Part shown: one piece after another, positions 1 to 9,489 of the stretch
Layout: every line of letters begins with the position of its first letter
Numbering within the stretch: the first letter of the stretch is position 1
Virus record (IMG/VR): IMGVR_UViG_3300019487_000019
Span: 35,924 to 99,923 of that record
Length of the DNA: 64,000 nt
Strand: one strand, 5' to 3'
Source of the DNA: a virus
Position numbers and translations under genes: made by a program
The notes under the pieces: model-generated
Seen by the model: the letters and a program-made list of their open reading frames with translations, nothing else
What the model was told of the DNA's origin: nothing
Databases searched by the model: none

Positions 1-2
1 CC

Positions 3-1583
3 CCCCACAAAGAACGGAAGACCACAATTTGCTGGTGTATCAAGGCATGCTTCCGATGGAATGATTGATTCTACATTTACAAACGGTGGTGCTGACGAAG
101 GTGCAGAACTAATTGTAATGTCTGTATAAGGTGGATTGAAAGTTGATGTCAACACTTCATAAACAGTTGTTGGTTGATATGTTGGAAAGAGAATATTTGC
201 TTTGTCAATGCCTGTATTTCCAAATACAGCAAACTTCAATCCAATTGTAAAGACCGACGTAACATCTCCATGACTGCTATTAAGACGCCATGTATTTGTT
301 GTGAGGTCAACAAAAGCAATGTCATAAACAGTTGATGTAAACAGGAATAGCGATGATGAGCCTTGATTAAACCACAACTGACCCTGCATTGGTGCAACGG
401 GTGGTGTGACGTTATTGAAATTTTCCAACATGCGAACAGAATTCTGTACAATCGCTGGACCCCACTCTGGCGTTCCTTGGCCTGGTAGCAGCAGTGAGGT
501 ATTGATGCCCGACGGAGTTGCAGTTGCGGGGACTGTGTATTGAATATGTCCAAGCGGAATATTACCAATCAGGATTGCACCTGTTGCTGTTGATGTGACG
601 GGAACGATGCCTGTTACCGTAATGTTTGTGTTAGGACCTGCATTTACTGCCCCGCCAACGGCAACAGTGTAGGTTCCATCACCGCCACCCGTGTTCCCGG
701 CAACTGTGAATGATGCTCCATCAGGGAAACGATGTGCTTCATTGCCTGTGATTGTCCACGTGCCACCAGCACCTGTGACAACACCAATAATGTCATACGC
801 CTGAACTGACCACAAACCGTCGCCGGTCGCGCCAGCCGGAATAGTTTCCGCAACAACAATATCGGTTGCAAAACTTTGAACGAATCCAGTACCAAGTCCT
901 GGTGCTTCAGTGACGGATACAGAGCCTGGTGTTACAGGAATCGTTGTTCGTCCGAGTGCAAACGACGCGCCTGGGGCAACAACAACATACGAACCGTTAT
1001 TGCCTGCCGAACCGACAACTGTGAATGTTTGACCGACCTGAAAGAATGCTGCATGATTGCCTAATACTTCAAATGTGTCAAGTGTATTATCGGCTGCATC
1101 AATTGCAAGTTGTGGATTTGTTGCGGAAACAACCGTGTATACACCGCTTCCTGTTCCACTATTGTTTGAAACAGCAACGATTGTATCAACACCAAATTCA
1201 CTCGCATGATCTCCACGAACACGCCATGTTTTGGAACCAATCGTTACGCGTGTAATTGTGAAAAAGCCCCGTGGAATAACTTCGGCAACAACGATTTGTG
1301 TTGATGTACCCGCGTAGCTTGAACTGACAACAGTGTATGTGCCTGCATTAATCGTAACAGGCGAAATCAGCGGGTCGATAATGATAACATCAAACTGGAA
1401 TCCAGCAACAAAACGATACGTAAGATCATCCCCAAGTTCGAAATAATTCGAGCCTGCTCCACCGGACAAAACAGCATTTAGCACCTGTCGTGGAACGGAC
1501 AGATTTCCCGGCCCATCACGCTCGAGTGCATACACTCCGAACGACGTCAGGTCAGTTTTTAGAACGTCATATGATGTTGTCAT
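3..1583 (-). CDS. Virion fibre/baseplate-appendage-like protein, 3'-truncated by window edge (>527 aa)
   Basis: Not in the ORF track because it has no stop. Manual translation from ATG 1583 (MTTSYDVLKTDL..., AGGA upstream) stays open to the window edge. Thr/Gly/Val-rich repeated beta modules. Contains the LPGQG..EWG...MLENF...P..GQLWF motif shared with the 1597-3807 and 18073-19338 products. Confidence 0.8.
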   Translation of the reverse strand, partial: MTTSYDVLKTDLTSFGVYALERDGPGNLSVPRQVLNAVLSGGAGSNYFELGDDLTYRFVAGFQFDVIIIDPLISPVTINAGTYTVVSSSYAGTSTQIVVAEVIPRGFFTITRVTIGSKTWRVRGDHASEFGVDTIVAVSNNSGTGSGVYTVVSATNPQLAIDAADNTLDTFEVLGNHAAFFQVGQTFTVVGSAGNNGSYVVVAPGASFALGRTTIPVTPGSVSVTEAPGLGTGFVQSFATDIVVAETIPAGATGDGLWSVQAYDIIGVVTGAGGTWTITGNEAHRFPDGASFTVAGNTGGGDGTYTVAVGGAVNAGPNTNITVTGIVPVTSTATGAILIGNIPLGHIQYTVPATATPSGINTSLLLPGQGTPEWGPAIVQNSVRMLENFNNVTPPVAPMQGQLWFNQGSSSLFLFTSTVYDIAFVDLTTNTWRLNSSHGDVTSVFTIGLKFAVFGNTGIDKANILFPTYQPTTVYEVLTSTFNPPYTDITISSAPSSAPPFVNVESIIPSEACLDTPANCGLPFFVG

Positions 1584-1596
1584 TATTCTCTATTCC

Positions 1597-3807
1597 TTAT
1601 CGCATCAATGAGATCTCGGCAATATCACCAACCATAAGTGGATCTGTTAGTTCGATCGTGGTGCCGAGATCATAGGCCCGTCCTGGTTCGGCATATCCAA
1701 GCTCACGGGAAACGGCTGGATTGTTGTCAAATACAATAGTTGTCGCAATCGGTAGATTTGCATTCATCGTTGTTAGTAGGTCAGTATCCGTCAAAAGAAT
1801 CTGTGATCCCGTTCCTGTTGTATCGCTAAAGAATGCCAACACACTATCGTCAAACCGACAAACAGCATCTGTAACTTGAGAATTGATATCATCAACCAGA
1901 TCTTGGAATGTGTACTGATGTTGTGTTACCAGTGTTGGTGGTTCGAGGCCCGTAAAGTCTAACGAGCCTGATGCATTGGCAGAAGCATCAATTGTTTCAT
2001 TTGGATGAACTTGGATAACAGTATTACCACCACTTAATGTTGCTTCAAAGATTGTATACGTGACAGGAACACCGAGGCCTGTATTACCAAACACAAGCAT
2101 AGTTCGATTCGTAACACTGGTGAACAAGCTAACAAAATTTCCTGTAATGGTCCAAGTGCCGCCGACGCCGGTCGTGACAGCTGTAATCGTGTACGGCAGC
2201 GCTGGAACAACGATACTGATGGGCTGTGCTACTCCTCCATCAACAGCCACTGAGAAATCCCACGTACCTGGAGGAAGGCCTGACCAATCCGCGATATTGA
2301 CGTTTGGTCCGTCTTCCGTATATGGGGCAACCGGTGGAGTGACGATTTCAATAATCGCATCTCCATAACCTCGCTCATTCGCGTAATATTTCACACCGTT
2401 GTTGAACACCATTAGTTTATTCTTTTCAATACGATATTCAAGCTGCAAATCATATGTTAGCAAATAGATGTCGCCTGTTCCTGTGCCTGCACCTTCGTTG
2501 ACAGAAATCGATCCGTCTGTAACATAGATAGTCGTGAATCCCGCCGCAAATGTTGCATTAGCCACGCAAATATATGTGCCATCGTTGCCCGCACTCCCAA
2601 TCACCTCAAAGGCGTAACCCGTAAAGAACAATTCCGTGAAATCGCCGGCAATCGTAAATTCATCAGGGCTTACAGTGTTGTCAGCGCTGTCAATTGCGTA
2701 TGAAACACCATCAATGATGAATCGCTGGTTGCGGTATCGTAACTGGTACAAATCTTCATCGATTGCATTGATGACAGTTTGCAAATCATTTTCAGCAAAC
2801 GTTGAAGTTGGATAGAGAACTTCGCGAATACGACTATCATCAGATACGGGATTTGTGTTGACAAAAACCTGATCAGCCAGATGGGTATGTGAAAAAGAAA
2901 CGAATTCAAGAGCAGCTTCATCAGCTCGAACCCGTACGAATAATCCAGCTTGACCAACATAAGAAGTTGGCACGTCAGTCAAATCTGTAAACGCAAGCGA
3001 TACGGGCGCGGTCGAAAACTCTAGACCCGTTTCACCAGCATTAACTCGAACAGTAAAGCCTCCAAATCCTGCATACGACGCTGGTGTGTCAGTCAGACTC
3101 AAGAACGTGTTTACAGCTGCTGTTGCATTAATCCAGTTTACACCGTTGTAGGAAAGATAATCATTGATAGCTGGTGCAGTAATAATCACATCCGAAAGAT
3201 TGTCTAGCGTTCGGGTGTCAACGTAATTCTTGTTGACACCATGTGTACCAAGCGTTGGTGCGTTCGGGAGTGTAATCTGACCTGCACCTGTTAGGACGAT
3301 ATTGCCACCGCTAATTGTAAGCGCTGTCGTCGTCAGCGCGCCGGTCATTATGTCGCCTGTAATGTTGACATACCGAGTGTCAGCAAAGCCAAGATTTAGA
3401 GCATCGCCGGCTGCTGTTGGATTTCCAAGGTTGATAATCTTGAAACCACCCATGTCAAGATCACCAACGATTGGGAAGCTACCGATCACAATCGGTTGCC
3501 AAGTTGCTCCATCGTAAACAGACAATGCAAATGGCGGTCCATTGTCAAACCATAGTTGGCCTTGAATTGGATATGCCGGTGCGGTTGGACCGGCAAAGTT
3601 TTCCAACATATGAACAAACGATTCAGCAACACGCTCACCATACTGAAACATGCCCTGGCCAAGTAGCACGATGGAAGTATTGGCTGTAACAGCTTGCGAA
3701 TCAAGTGGGACGGCTGCTGCTGGACTTGCAGGTCCATTCGTAGTCATCGGCTTGATGATGAACGAACCGTTCAGAGGGTCCGTTCTATTGATAATATAGT
3801 CCGCCAT
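1597..3807 (-). CDS. Tail fibre-like virion structural protein (736 aa)
   Basis: N-terminal LLGQG..YGE...MLENFA...GQLWFD motif. DMGGFKIINLGNP, GDIMTGAL and NKNYVD fibre-shaft modules. Preceded by a late promoter core. Confidence 0.7.
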   Translation of the reverse strand: MADYIINRTDPLNGSFIIKPMTTNGPASPAAAVPLDSQAVTANTSIVLLGQGMFQYGERVAESFVHMLENFAGPTAPAYPIQGQLWFDNGPPFALSVYDGATWQPIVIGSFPIVGDLDMGGFKIINLGNPTAAGDALNLGFADTRYVNITGDIMTGALTTTALTISGGNIVLTGAGQITLPNAPTLGTHGVNKNYVDTRTLDNLSDVIITAPAINDYLSYNGVNWINATAAVNTFLSLTDTPASYAGFGGFTVRVNAGETGLEFSTAPVSLAFTDLTDVPTSYVGQAGLFVRVRADEAALEFVSFSHTHLADQVFVNTNPVSDDSRIREVLYPTSTFAENDLQTVINAIDEDLYQLRYRNQRFIIDGVSYAIDSADNTVSPDEFTIAGDFTELFFTGYAFEVIGSAGNDGTYICVANATFAAGFTTIYVTDGSISVNEGAGTGTGDIYLLTYDLQLEYRIEKNKLMVFNNGVKYYANERGYGDAIIEIVTPPVAPYTEDGPNVNIADWSGLPPGTWDFSVAVDGGVAQPISIVVPALPYTITAVTTGVGGTWTITGNFVSLFTSVTNRTMLVFGNTGLGVPVTYTIFEATLSGGNTVIQVHPNETIDASANASGSLDFTGLEPPTLVTQHQYTFQDLVDDINSQVTDAVCRFDDSVLAFFSDTTGTGSQILLTDTDLLTTMNANLPIATTIVFDNNPAVSRELGYAEPGRAYDLGTTIELTDPLMVGDIAEISLMR

Positions 3808-3860
3808 CAGGAGGTTCCCATAAAATACATTTTGGTGTATTTATGAGGGTTTACCTCCTG
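3808..3860 (-). promoter_or_regulatory. T4-like late promoter core ATAAATA (3838-3844) within a long hairpin that covers the translation-initiation region
   Basis: Minus strand reads CAGGAGGT-AAA-CCCTCATAAATAC-loop-GTATTTTATGGG-A-ACCTCCTG-ATG. Perfect 8-bp outer inverted repeat at 3808-3815/3853-3860. Confidence 0.6.
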
Positions 3861-3862
3861 TT

Positions 3863-4327
3863 TTAGACCAGCAGAAATTCCTTTTTAAAGTAGGTGACTG
3901 TTGCTTGAACCTGTGAAAGAGGGTTATCCTCAAAATCCCAGAGCTCGTGGGCGGTCAGAGTATCAATAAGCGACTGATAGCACCCGCGGGCTTCGGAAAG
4001 GCGCCGGAAGAAGGGATCGCCCAACAATAGGTTGGGTGTGTCTAGTGTCACGTAAAAATCTTCACCAAAATACTTCTCAAGCAGCTTTGCGTAGACCAAA
4101 GCCACTGCAAACGACTTTTGCGGTTGGTGAATCCACTCATTCCAGCTAACTGTGAAATATGAGATGATTTCAGCTTCAAAGTCAGCGTCATCCAACGCTC
4201 GGCCCACGTTGTCGACCGTAACACTTTGCCCTTCCAGAGCAGCCAGTTTCTCATCTGTGAAAAACAGATCCCCAGGATCAGGATTCTGACTATAGTAATA
4301 CTGTTGTCTTATTTGCCATTCTTTCAT
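3863..4327 (-). CDS. Hypothetical protein, last gene of the radical SAM cluster
   Basis: ORF track 3863-4360. Likely start MKEWQ at 4327, overlapping the end of the upstream radical SAM gene. No recognised motif. Confidence 0.7.
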   Translation of the reverse strand: MKEWQIRQQYYYSQNPDPGDLFFTDEKLAALEGQSVTVDNVGRALDDADFEAEIISYFTVSWNEWIHQPQKSFAVALVYAKLLEKYFGEDFYVTLDTPNLLLGDPFFRRLSEARGCYQSLIDTLTAHELWDFEDNPLSQVQATVTYFKKEFLLV

Positions 4328-5231
4328 CTTTGTACCAGTCCAATAAATGTCGAAAGCCATTGCACGAGTGTTCCAACGTTTTCACTTCACGCAAATGTTC
4401 GCTTAAACAGTGTCCAAGATATGGACACGTTGCGCAAAAACCATTCATGAAGACACGCTTACGTTCCTTCTGTGTCCACGCATAGTAATCAAGCAAAGTA
4501 TCTAGTTGTTCAAAATATTCATTGTCGTTGGCATCGAATTCCAACACAGCAAACTTCCCATGAGGCGTGATATACACATGATCATCACTGAAAGAGTTCG
4601 CCTTTCCAGCAAGGCTATTTTCAATCAATTGTTGATTGATGAACTTAAAGCGCTTTTCGATCGGGCTGACGAGCCACTTCTTGACAAATTCCTCATAATT
4701 CCGGAAGGAAACACCATGAGCGTTATGTTGATTCGTTGAATACGGCTTGATTTCAACCGTTTTGACATTTGCAACTGCATTGAGAACGCGAATCATTTCA
4801 TCAACATCTTTCTCAATTAAGCAACGTCCTGCCAACATTAGCACATGAAGATCACCACCGTATTTCATCATGTTGTCAAACACCTGTTCGTGTTGTTGTC
4901 GACAGTCAAAGTCGTAGCTAACGCTAAGAATTGCACGTCGCCTCAAAAACGTTGGATGAATTCGAGAAAGATTTGTGATGATACTGACTTGGCCTGGGTA
5001 GTATCGCTCTATGACATCGAATAGTTCTTCCAGATAGCGTTCTGGTAGAATCGCGACTTCCCCACCATACAGATCGATGTATTCGATCGGTTCAAATACA
5101 CTAATCTCAGCCAGCATCGCATCAAGACGTTCAAGCATCAACAAACGCCTATTCGACAATTGGTCGACACCAAGGTAGCAAAACTCGCAACGAAAGTTGC
5201 AGAAGTATGATGGATTGATCGAAATCTTCAT
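4290..5231 (-). CDS. Radical SAM protein with SPASM/twitch-like C-terminus (rSAM-8)
   Basis: CNFRCEFC (CxxxCxxC), YGGE motif, C-terminal CATCPYLGHC...C. Start MKISINP at 5231 by ATGA overlap; ORF track extends to 5294. Confidence 0.9.
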   Translation of the reverse strand: MKISINPSYFCNFRCEFCYLGVDQLSNRRLLMLERLDAMLAEISVFEPIEYIDLYGGEVAILPERYLEELFDVIERYYPGQVSIITNLSRIHPTFLRRRAILSVSYDFDCRQQHEQVFDNMMKYGGDLHVLMLAGRCLIEKDVDEMIRVLNAVANVKTVEIKPYSTNQHNAHGVSFRNYEEFVKKWLVSPIEKRFKFINQQLIENSLAGKANSFSDDHVYITPHGKFAVLEFDANDNEYFEQLDTLLDYYAWTQKERKRVFMNGFCATCPYLGHCLSEHLREVKTLEHSCNGFRHLLDWYKDERMANKTTVLL

Positions 5232-5683
5232 AGTCGTATATTCGTAGCAATCGACAAACGCATTCCTGTATACGGAGTTACACGATGATCCCACGATCCG
5301 GGAAACAACAGCAAGCTTCCTTGCTCTGGATGGAATGATGTCATCTCTCCATCGGGATGGTACACGATAATATCTCCTTCGCCGACAGGGTTATCATTTA
5401 TGACGTAGTAATTTGCAACAATATCAGCGTGCTTTGTATGATTGTGTTTTAATAAATGGGTATTTGAATTGATCGTTGTTACACACCAACCATCAAACTT
5501 ACAGGGAGTTCGTCCCGTCATTGTTTCGACTGATTCAATAATGAACATTCGCAGCCCCCTAAGCTCCGGCCACTGCTCACTCCAAATATTTTGCGGATCA
5601 TCATAGTTGTACATCATCGGATAGTTCAAGATGCCTTTGACAATATCATTGAATACCGCATCAGCTTGATAGATTTTAATCAT
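5228..5683 (-). CDS. 2OG-Fe(II) oxygenase (TIGR02466-like small phage type)
   Basis: HNH...ANYYV, GSLLLFPGSWDHRVTP and RLSIATN: the HxH...H facial triad plus terminal RxS. ATGA overlaps on both sides. Confidence 0.8.
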   Translation of the reverse strand: MIKIYQADAVFNDIVKGILNYPMMYNYDDPQNIWSEQWPELRGLRMFIIESVETMTGRTPCKFDGWCVTTINSNTHLLKHNHTKHADIVANYYVINDNPVGEGDIIVYHPDGEMTSFHPEQGSLLLFPGSWDHRVTPYTGMRLSIATNIRL

Positions 5684-6420
5684 CGTAGACGAAGGTGTTG
5701 CAATAATGGATTGCATTCACGATACATTTGATACACCTGACACATCCATGTTGTGTTTACGGCTTGGCGAAACGAAAGCTCTCCATACACACAACCAAAA
5801 TGGCGATCCACGTCACGATAAATTAGTTCAGCAATTCGATTGTGCTCAAGCATCGTCCAAATCTCTGTCATATCATCTTGGATGTTCCAGATTGTGAAGA
5901 ATCGCTCCCACGTCTTAATGATTTCTCGAATGTCGTAGTTCTCCAGCACATATTCGTAGTTGTCTTCTGTAAACATCGAGTCAAACATCCACGAAAGTCT
6001 GGGATCGGTCTTTGCGTATGACAACTGCGCGAGATAATCCGAGCGATCTACTTTCAGATCAGGAAATAAAGTTTCGAGATCTGGCAATGCACGAATAATG
6101 TGTTGCTTTAATGATAGCATCTCTTCGATGAACAATCGATGCGAAGTGTTTTTGACCACTGCCAGTGTCGCTGTTGCGTATCGAGATTCGGGATTAGCCA
6201 AGAAATCCCCTAACAGATGATCAAGTCGTAGAACTGGTATGTATCGTCCCGGCTGAATAACATCATATGCGGAAGTAAAGTTTGCATATGGTGCAGGCAT
6301 ATACTGATTTGTTTTGCCCGTCACATAATCGTGAAACAGAGTTGCTTTGTAAAGGTCATACATGACCTTGCAGTGTGGTTCTGCAAATAGTTGCTTGTGT
6401 GTAGCGATAAACTCGTTCAC
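5680..6420 (-). CDS. Hypothetical protein, paralogue of 14307-15377
   Basis: GTG start in a GTGA overlap. C-terminal RDVDRHFGCVYG matches RDVARGLGCVYG of the 14307-15377 product. Confidence 0.75.
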   Translation of the reverse strand: MNEFIATHKQLFAEPHCKVMYDLYKATLFHDYVTGKTNQYMPAPYANFTSAYDVIQPGRYIPVLRLDHLLGDFLANPESRYATATLAVVKNTSHRLFIEEMLSLKQHIIRALPDLETLFPDLKVDRSDYLAQLSYAKTDPRLSWMFDSMFTEDNYEYVLENYDIREIIKTWERFFTIWNIQDDMTEIWTMLEHNRIAELIYRDVDRHFGCVYGELSFRQAVNTTWMCQVYQMYRECNPLLQHLRLR

Positions 6421-7472
6421 GCTGCCTCCTTGACACCACCAAAATTGATCTCGAGAATTTCTGTTGCAATCGACTTCATAATCTTGCAGTGAGGCTCCAC
6501 AAGATTATGTTCTTTCAGGTCCTTGACAGTCTTACGGCAGCCGTTGCAAATCTTAAACATCGGGCACGTCAAGCATTCTTCTTTCATGCTTATTAAGGAA
6601 GGATCACTTTGCAGTGGGGTAAAGAATTCTTTCCCGTAAATTTCACGGAAGAATGTAATTGGATGCGTTCGATCATCCGCAATTGCACCACACGAATAGT
6701 AATCACCGCTCGGGTTTAACGCTCGAATGTTTTCATCACACTGACGGTGTTGGGGGCACATTGTGTGAAGCCCTTTCAATCGCTGAACCATTTGTTTTGT
6801 ATTGAATTCCCACGGCGTCAATCCTTGCCGATACACTTCAATATATGTTCGATAGATTTTTGACAACAAATAAGGCTTACTTTGAACACCTGATGCGTTT
6901 GCATAATTGAGTTTGCATTCAACGTTCATTCGCTTTGCCAAACGAACGTTATCCAATGCTGTGTCCTCATTTTCATCACTAATCACTGAAATGAAATCTG
7001 GCCGATAACCAATTCGTTCAAGGAACAAATTACTGACCTGCCAGAAGATGTCTTCTGTGAACACTTGCTTCTCTGTAATCCGGCGCGTATCACCGTAATT
7101 GAAAGATGTTGTAATGCCAACACGTGGATGTTTGAATAACTCTTCCCACATCTGTGGCTTTTTGAAGAACGCCCATAAATTTGTCGTCAGACTTACCGTC
7201 GCTTTGTACTTTCGTTGGTCAAGGAATTCTATGATTTGCCAATAATAGTCGGGCTTTACCATTAGCGGATCCCCACCATTGACAATAATTGTCGAAGTGT
7301 TAGGAAAGCGATCAAGAAAGTCGTAGATATATTGATGATCGAGTACGGCTGCTTTGTCATCCGTAATATTGGTCGATGAACAGAACGTGCACTTGAAGTT
7401 GCAAGCCTCTGTTGGCTTGATAATTAACTCCATTGCACGTGGGTCTGTGCTGTCAATCAATTTATGCAACAT
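6417..7472 (-). CDS. Radical SAM/SPASM protein (rSAM-7)
   Basis: IKPTEACNFKCTFC, NGGDP, CPQHRQC...YYSC, CLTCPMFKICNGC...HC. Start at 7472 or 7433 is uncertain. Confidence 0.92.
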   Translation of the reverse strand: MLHKLIDSTDPRAMELIIKPTEACNFKCTFCSSTNITDDKAAVLDHQYIYDFLDRFPNTSTIIVNGGDPLMVKPDYYWQIIEFLDQRKYKATVSLTTNLWAFFKKPQMWEELFKHPRVGITTSFNYGDTRRITEKQVFTEDIFWQVSNLFLERIGYRPDFISVISDENEDTALDNVRLAKRMNVECKLNYANASGVQSKPYLLSKIYRTYIEVYRQGLTPWEFNTKQMVQRLKGLHTMCPQHRQCDENIRALNPSGDYYSCGAIADDRTHPITFFREIYGKEFFTPLQSDPSLISMKEECLTCPMFKICNGCRKTVKDLKEHNLVEPHCKIMKSIATEILEINFGGVKEAA

Positions 7473-8040
7473 CGAAAACTCGTCTTTCGAAAATTGTTGG
7501 AGCGATGGGCTTCCCATAGGCTTCCATTAGAGCGCCGCGACGTGAGGCTATTTTGAGAGCCGCCTGACAATCAAACCGACAAGGAAAGAAGCTGATTGTG
7601 CGATTGTGAAGATCAGGTGTCATATACTTGCTGAATTGTTCGCCAGGAATCGACTCCGATAGAGCCGAACTTAGGTAATTATACTTGTGCATTACATGCT
7701 TCACCGATATGGCAAAAGCTTTGATGCAACATATGGGATAGTCATAATAATATCCAAGATTGCCGTGATCATCTTGATATTCGGCTTGAATTAGCTCCTG
7801 CACGACCATGACGTCGGCCGCAACATATATCTCGTAGTCGTCGTTGTGAAAATATGTGGGGTCGCTTCCACCATACACATCAATATCCTGTCGTTCTGTA
7901 GGAACGATACCAAACTGAAGTCTCCTCGCGTGAATCAAGTCGATAGCATTCGCCAAATGTTCTTTACGAACTGATATGCGGCAAGCAGCGCGGCGCTTTT
8001 CACTGACATCAATCAGATCGAGAAAATCACACGACGACAT
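7462..8040 (-). CDS. DUF483-like Cys-rich protein
   Basis: YDYPICC and FFPCRFDC resemble the GYPxCC / PCxxxC signature of DUF483-type proteins. Start uncertain; ORF track extends to 8172. Confidence 0.55.
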   Translation of the reverse strand: MSSCDFLDLIDVSEKRRAACRISVRKEHLANAIDLIHARRLQFGIVPTERQDIDVYGGSDPTYFHNDDYEIYVAADVMVVQELIQAEYQDDHGNLGYYYDYPICCIKAFAISVKHVMHKYNYLSSALSESIPGEQFSKYMTPDLHNRTISFFPCRFDCQAALKIASRRGALMEAYGKPIAPTIFERRVFDVA

Positions 8041-9088
8041 TGTACTGGGTAGCATTTTTCGGATCCAATATAGTGTTAAAGAATTCTTTGTATAGGCAAG
8101 TTGCCATCTCTTCGCGGTTTGTCCAGTCAGCCTGAACGAAGCAACGGAACGAACATCGATCAAAGTGCTCACAACTTAAGCAACCATATTTGTCGAGGTG
8201 GGCTTGAATGATATTAGCATTGCTCTTATAGTCAATTTCCGTGTTGAAGTCGTCTTGATCATACTTCAGGTAGCGACATTTTACTTCACGACCATCCGGT
8301 AGTAGTGTTAGTTTATTCAACGAGTAGCATGTCATCGTGTTGAATCGATGATGTACCCAATCACTTACAGGAGCGACATTTGGATAATGTTCCGCTAGGA
8401 ACAGAAACACTTCAAGGTGCTCGCGATCACTCGGTATCATGTGTTGTGAAAGTCGTTCTGGCACATAATAGTCAAAGTACAAGGGGTATCGAGTGTAGAG
8501 ATACTCAAATTCCTCGTCTTTTTCGGTCATGATTCGCTTAATTGCTTGCTTTGTTAGCACAAAGCCAATCGTGTAGATTTGACTGCCAAACCGTTCCAAG
8601 TTCTGATGGAACAAGTCCTTTTTGGCAACGTTTAGAGGGCGTCCTGCGAAGTCATAACTGGTCGAAATGTTCGATTTGATGCCAAGCAGGTGCAATGTAT
8701 CGAGCAGTTTTTGGACCCTCGTCCACTTCGTGAACACGAGGTTCGTGACCCAATTGAAAACACACGTTTTTCCAGCCTGATTTGCGTGGGCATCAACATC
8801 GAGGGCAAAGTTGAGGTAATCGATGAATAGATCGTCTGAAACCGCATCATTAAACAGTTCACCACCCATCATGTTGATGATGAATTTGTCCATCCGGCTA
8901 TTGCGAATAAACTCGTTCACACGATCGACCTTATTCATCACCGTATTCATTCCTACTTTCGAGTTGTGATCTTGCCCACAAAAGGCACACGCAAGATTAC
9001 AAAACTCAAAGAAGTGCAGTTCAATTTCTGCTGCTTCATTGACTTTGTTTTTCAGGACCTGATTGAGTAGGTCTTCATGTGTATTCAT
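8027..9088 (-). CDS. Radical SAM protein with SPASM/twitch-like C-terminus (rSAM-6)
   Basis: CNLACAFC, MGGELF, C-terminal C...C...CLSCEHFDRCSFRC...C. Confidence 0.9.
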   Translation of the reverse strand: MNTHEDLLNQVLKNKVNEAAEIELHFFEFCNLACAFCGQDHNSKVGMNTVMNKVDRVNEFIRNSRMDKFIINMMGGELFNDAVSDDLFIDYLNFALDVDAHANQAGKTCVFNWVTNLVFTKWTRVQKLLDTLHLLGIKSNISTSYDFAGRPLNVAKKDLFHQNLERFGSQIYTIGFVLTKQAIKRIMTEKDEEFEYLYTRYPLYFDYYVPERLSQHMIPSDREHLEVFLFLAEHYPNVAPVSDWVHHRFNTMTCYSLNKLTLLPDGREVKCRYLKYDQDDFNTEIDYKSNANIIQAHLDKYGCLSCEHFDRCSFRCFVQADWTNREEMATCLYKEFFNTILDPKNATQYNVVV

Positions 9089-9489
9089 TCGTGCATATCC
9101 GTTCGAAATTCAGGCTCGATTATAAATTTAGGGAGCGCTTGACACCATCTGGGTTTATTGCGTGGGTGATACACCAACGCCTGGATATTTACGTCAAATC
9201 CCTCTTCCTTTTCATATGAACTCAATAGTATTCGGCGAAGCAATCCAAAGGATCCAACATGATACTCTTCGATTAGGAAGAGGATGTTGTTCTCGATATA
9301 TCGAAACTCAAGGGCAAGAGGGTAGTACAAGGCATCCTGATGCCGGAAGAATACGATGTACTCAGACGGCTGTTTGGACTGTCGAAAGTTCTCATTACTT
9401 ACAACAACATCATGGCGATCAACTCCAATGAAGGTTGGTGTTGTGAAAATTGGTTCGGTTCGAATCAGGCTAGGAAATTTTGTTGACAT
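9085..9489 (-). CDS. Hypothetical protein in the radical SAM cluster (134 aa)
   Basis: ORF fills the gap between neighbours with overlaps on both sides. No recognised motif. Confidence 0.65.
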   Translation of the reverse strand: MSTKFPSLIRTEPIFTTPTFIGVDRHDVVVSNENFRQSKQPSEYIVFFRHQDALYYPLALEFRYIENNILFLIEEYHVGSFGLLRRILLSSYEKEEGFDVNIQALVYHPRNKPRWCQALPKFIIEPEFRTDMHE

